DNA of 64,000 nucleotides from Gammaproteobacteria bacterium (GTDB taxonomy: Bacteria; Pseudomonadota; Gammaproteobacteria; RBG-16-57-12), in the NCBI GenBank assembly GCA_022712945.1, contig JAFLJP010000044.1, forward strand, positions 22,939 to 86,938, given 5' to 3'. A program made the position numbers and the translations under genes. The notes below the pieces were generated by a model. The model made no database searches and was not told the origin of the DNA. It worked only from the letters and a program-made list of their open reading frames with translations. This document shows positions 61,977 through 64,000 of the stretch, piece by piece; within the stretch, counting starts at the first letter, position 1, and every line of letters begins with the position of its first letter.

Positions 61977-62348
61977 ATGCATTTTTTGCCGTTGATGGTG
62001 CTGTTGCTGGTTGTTATAACAACTGGCTGTAGTCGGGAAGCAGGTGATACTCTTACGACGATTAATGCTGAAGACCGTGCGCTAGGAAAGGTGAAATCTA
62101 TTATCATCCGGGGTGGCTGTTTTGGTTGTCACGATATTAATGAACACCGCTTTGGCCCTTCGTGGATTGAGGTGAGTGCGCGTTATAAAAATGATCCTGA
62201 GGCGACACAAAAATTGATCGAAAGCGTGACGCATGGTAGTGGTGGTAAATGGTCGGCAGTGGTGGGGAGTAATGTGATGGCACCGAACAGTGCCAAGGTG
62301 AATGATACCGAAATAGCCGCAGTAGTTGAGTATATTCTTTCGTTGTAG
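61977..62348 (+). CDS. Small class-I c-type cytochrome (c551/c552-like), lipoprotein
   Basis: Lipobox ITTGCS and a single CFGCH haem motif followed by FGPSW...GSGGKWS..MAPN, a layout like Pseudomonas c551. Confidence 0.8.
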   Translation: MHFLPLMVLLLVVITTGCSREAGDTLTTINAEDRALGKVKSIIIRGGCFGCHDINEHRFGPSWIEVSARYKNDPEATQKLIESVTHGSGGKWSAVVGSNVMAPNSAKVNDTEIAAVVEYILSL

Positions 62349-62400
62349 CTCTTTGGTTTTTTTCAGGTAAGTCATGTTTTTGATGTTGCATGAGAATCGT

Positions 62401-62853
62401 ATGAAATATTGGTGGTTATGGGTCGTTGTCGCTCTGCTCTTGTCTGGATGTGAGACGACCTCTCAATGGAAAGGGGTGGGGCTGGTATCTGCATTTGAAA
62501 CGCAGATGCTTAATCAAGGGCTTGAAAATAAAGCGATTTCCAGTCGCCTATCGCTGGAAGCAGATAACGCTGCTGTGGCAGGCAATACCCATTTAGCTAT
62601 TGATTATGCAGAGCGAGCCAAACACTACGCGCCAACCCATCCGATGGTCTGGTATCAACTGGCACGGCTTTATCTGCAACAAGAACGCTATAAAGAGGCG
62701 GAAGCAAGTGCATTGCGAACAATTAGTCTCTCTAAAGACAGTACCCGATTACAAGCAAAGGGGTGGCGCTTGATTGAGCAGTCCCGGCTGCTGTTGGGGG
62801 GAGAGTCCCACTCTCAGTATGCTGGGCACCGTGCCGCCAAGCTTGAGCGTTAA
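62401..62853 (+). CDS. Putative lipoprotein with TPR-like helical repeat
   Basis: MKYWWLWVVVALLLSGCETT contains a lipobox. The helical A/Y/L-rich segment AIDYAERAKHYAPTHPMVWYQLARLYLQQERYKEAEASA is TPR-like. Confidence 0.6.
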   Translation: MKYWWLWVVVALLLSGCETTSQWKGVGLVSAFETQMLNQGLENKAISSRLSLEADNAAVAGNTHLAIDYAERAKHYAPTHPMVWYQLARLYLQQERYKEAEASALRTISLSKDSTRLQAKGWRLIEQSRLLLGGESHSQYAGHRAAKLER

Positions 62854-62979
62854 ACCGGTTTTTTTGACGTTACCTGAGCGATTCAGATCCCCTAGGAAAC
62901 TGAAAGATATTTCCATCTTCTGTGGAATTGGTTTATAAGATCCAGTTATCGATGAGCTTTAGCAGTGAGAAATGGTTGA

Positions 62980-63483
62980 GTGAGCGTCTACGCGGTTGAT
63001 AAGTTGATGAAAGAGGCACGTACCCTAGCGGCAGAATACCGCAAGGCGATGGGTAAGCCTTTGGGTATCAGTAGCGAGATCGCTGAACATGATGCTGCAC
63101 GTTTATTGAATCTCGAACTCTGCTCAGACCGTACCCATGGGTTTGATGCAATAGGCACAGGTCAACGGCAAGGTAAGCGTATCCAGATCAAGGGGCGCAC
63201 GATCTTTGATGAGAGCAAATCGGGACATCGGATTGGCCAGCTGAAATTGGATAAAACCTGGGATAGTGTTGTTTTGGTGATCATGAATTCAGAGTACGAT
63301 TCCATCGAAATTTATGAGGCCGACCGCCCTGTTATTAATGAGGCGATGGCCGGTAGTCAGAGTAAACGTGCGGGACGTGGTGCCATGACGGTGGCTAAAT
63401 TCAAAGTGATCAGTCAGCTGGTCTGGTGTGCTGAAAAGGGTATTATAACCGATGAAGTTTGGGATAATCGCAGTGGTGACTGA
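62980..63483 (+). CDS. Hypothetical protein with PD-(D/E)xK-like nuclease motif pattern
   Basis: 167 aa, GTG start. The pattern is SSEIAEHDAARLL (helix Glu) ... GFDAIG (Asp) ... RIQIKGR (QxK), in the order expected for restriction-endonuclease-fold proteins. No family assignment is possible without a search. Confidence 0.55.
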   Translation: MSVYAVDKLMKEARTLAAEYRKAMGKPLGISSEIAEHDAARLLNLELCSDRTHGFDAIGTGQRQGKRIQIKGRTIFDESKSGHRIGQLKLDKTWDSVVLVIMNSEYDSIEIYEADRPVINEAMAGSQSKRAGRGAMTVAKFKVISQLVWCAEKGIITDEVWDNRSGD

Positions 63484-63518
63484 TTTCCTCCTTCCCCGTG
63501 CCGATCACTGAAAAAACC

Positions 63519-64000
63519 ATGCAGAACTGTGCTGACATACTGGGCCATGATGGCCCTTTTTCACATCACCTCACTGGTTTTGCGCCACGCAAACAACAGC
63601 AGGAGATGGCGCTGCAGGTTGAAAAGGCGATTAGTGAGCATTCGACCTTGGTGGCTGAGGCGGGTACCGGAACAGGTAAGACCTTTGCTTACTTGGTACC
63701 CGCACTGCTCTCCACCGAGAAGGTGATTGTTTCAACCGGCACCAAAAACCTTCAAGATCAACTTTTCTACCGGGATCTTCCTCTGGTACGCAAGGCATTA
63801 CAGCAACCGGGCCGGGTGGCTCTGCTGAAGGGGCGCTCTAATTATCTGTGTCACTATCGCCTAGCTCTGTACCAACATAGCCCACGGGTTCAGAACCCGG
63901 CACTACATAAAACGTTAATCAAAATACAGCGCTGGGCTGAAAGCACCAAGAGCGGCGATACCGGCGAGTTGACCGACGTGGCGGAGGACTCACCTCTGTG
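63519..64000 (+). CDS. ATP-dependent DNA helicase, YoaA/DinG family; 3' end lies outside the window
   Basis: Not in the ORF track because there is no stop in the window. My translation reads MQNCADILGHDGPFSHHLTGFAPRKQQQEMALQVEKAISEHSTLVAEAGTGTGKTFAYLVPALLSTEKVIVSTGTKNLQDQLFYRDLPLVRKAL...LLKGRSNYLC, collinear with the E. coli YoaA N-terminus. Confidence 0.85.
   Translation, partial: MQNCADILGHDGPFSHHLTGFAPRKQQQEMALQVEKAISEHSTLVAEAGTGTGKTFAYLVPALLSTEKVIVSTGTKNLQDQLFYRDLPLVRKALQQPGRVALLKGRSNYLCHYRLALYQHSPRVQNPALHKTLIKIQRWAESTKSGDTGELTDVAEDSPL

Overview
This is a 64-kb chromosomal segment, roughly 50% GC by eye, and the gene content suggests a polar-flagellated gammaproteobacterium (taxon is inference only). 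I found no rRNA, tRNA, CRISPR array, transposase, integrase or phage genes. Most of it is housekeeping: monomeric icd, an asnB-like gene, grxD, rnt, pyrC, rsmE, rep, tdh-kbl, fabI, a YejABEF-like ABC importer, yciB-yciI-bolA, ppc, purL, mazG, rmuC, tcdA and the start of yoaA/dinG. It also holds a complete Vibrio/Pseudomonas-type flagellar block, flgNMA / cheV-cheR / flgBCDEFGHIJKL, with a textbook sigma54 promoter in front of flgB. Four things deserve a second look. (1) An ECF sigma factor and an 80-aa soluble zinc-finger anti-sigma factor sit divergent from an ArsS-like radical SAM/Cys-rich enzyme, a GT2-like transferase and a DUF2064 transferase, with no arsenic genes nearby. (2) A complete AmmeMemoRadiSam trio of unknown function is present. 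(3) An MCP is followed by a MauG-like dihaem peroxidase, an amicyanin-like cupredoxin and a dihaem cytochrome c, with no methylamine dehydrogenase. (4) Long imperfect-hairpin intergenic repeats occur throughout, in size classes of about 166-170 bp and 92-116 bp with CTAGG or TTAAGG termini. There are at least 7 full and 4 partial copies. Paired copies show compensatory stem substitutions, and several copies abut or supply stop codons and split operons (flgI|flgJ and the two transferase genes). Smaller items are an orphan pentahaem cytochrome, a PD-(D/E)xK-like orphan upstream of yoaA, a doubly anchored substrate-binding protein and a G10 tract.
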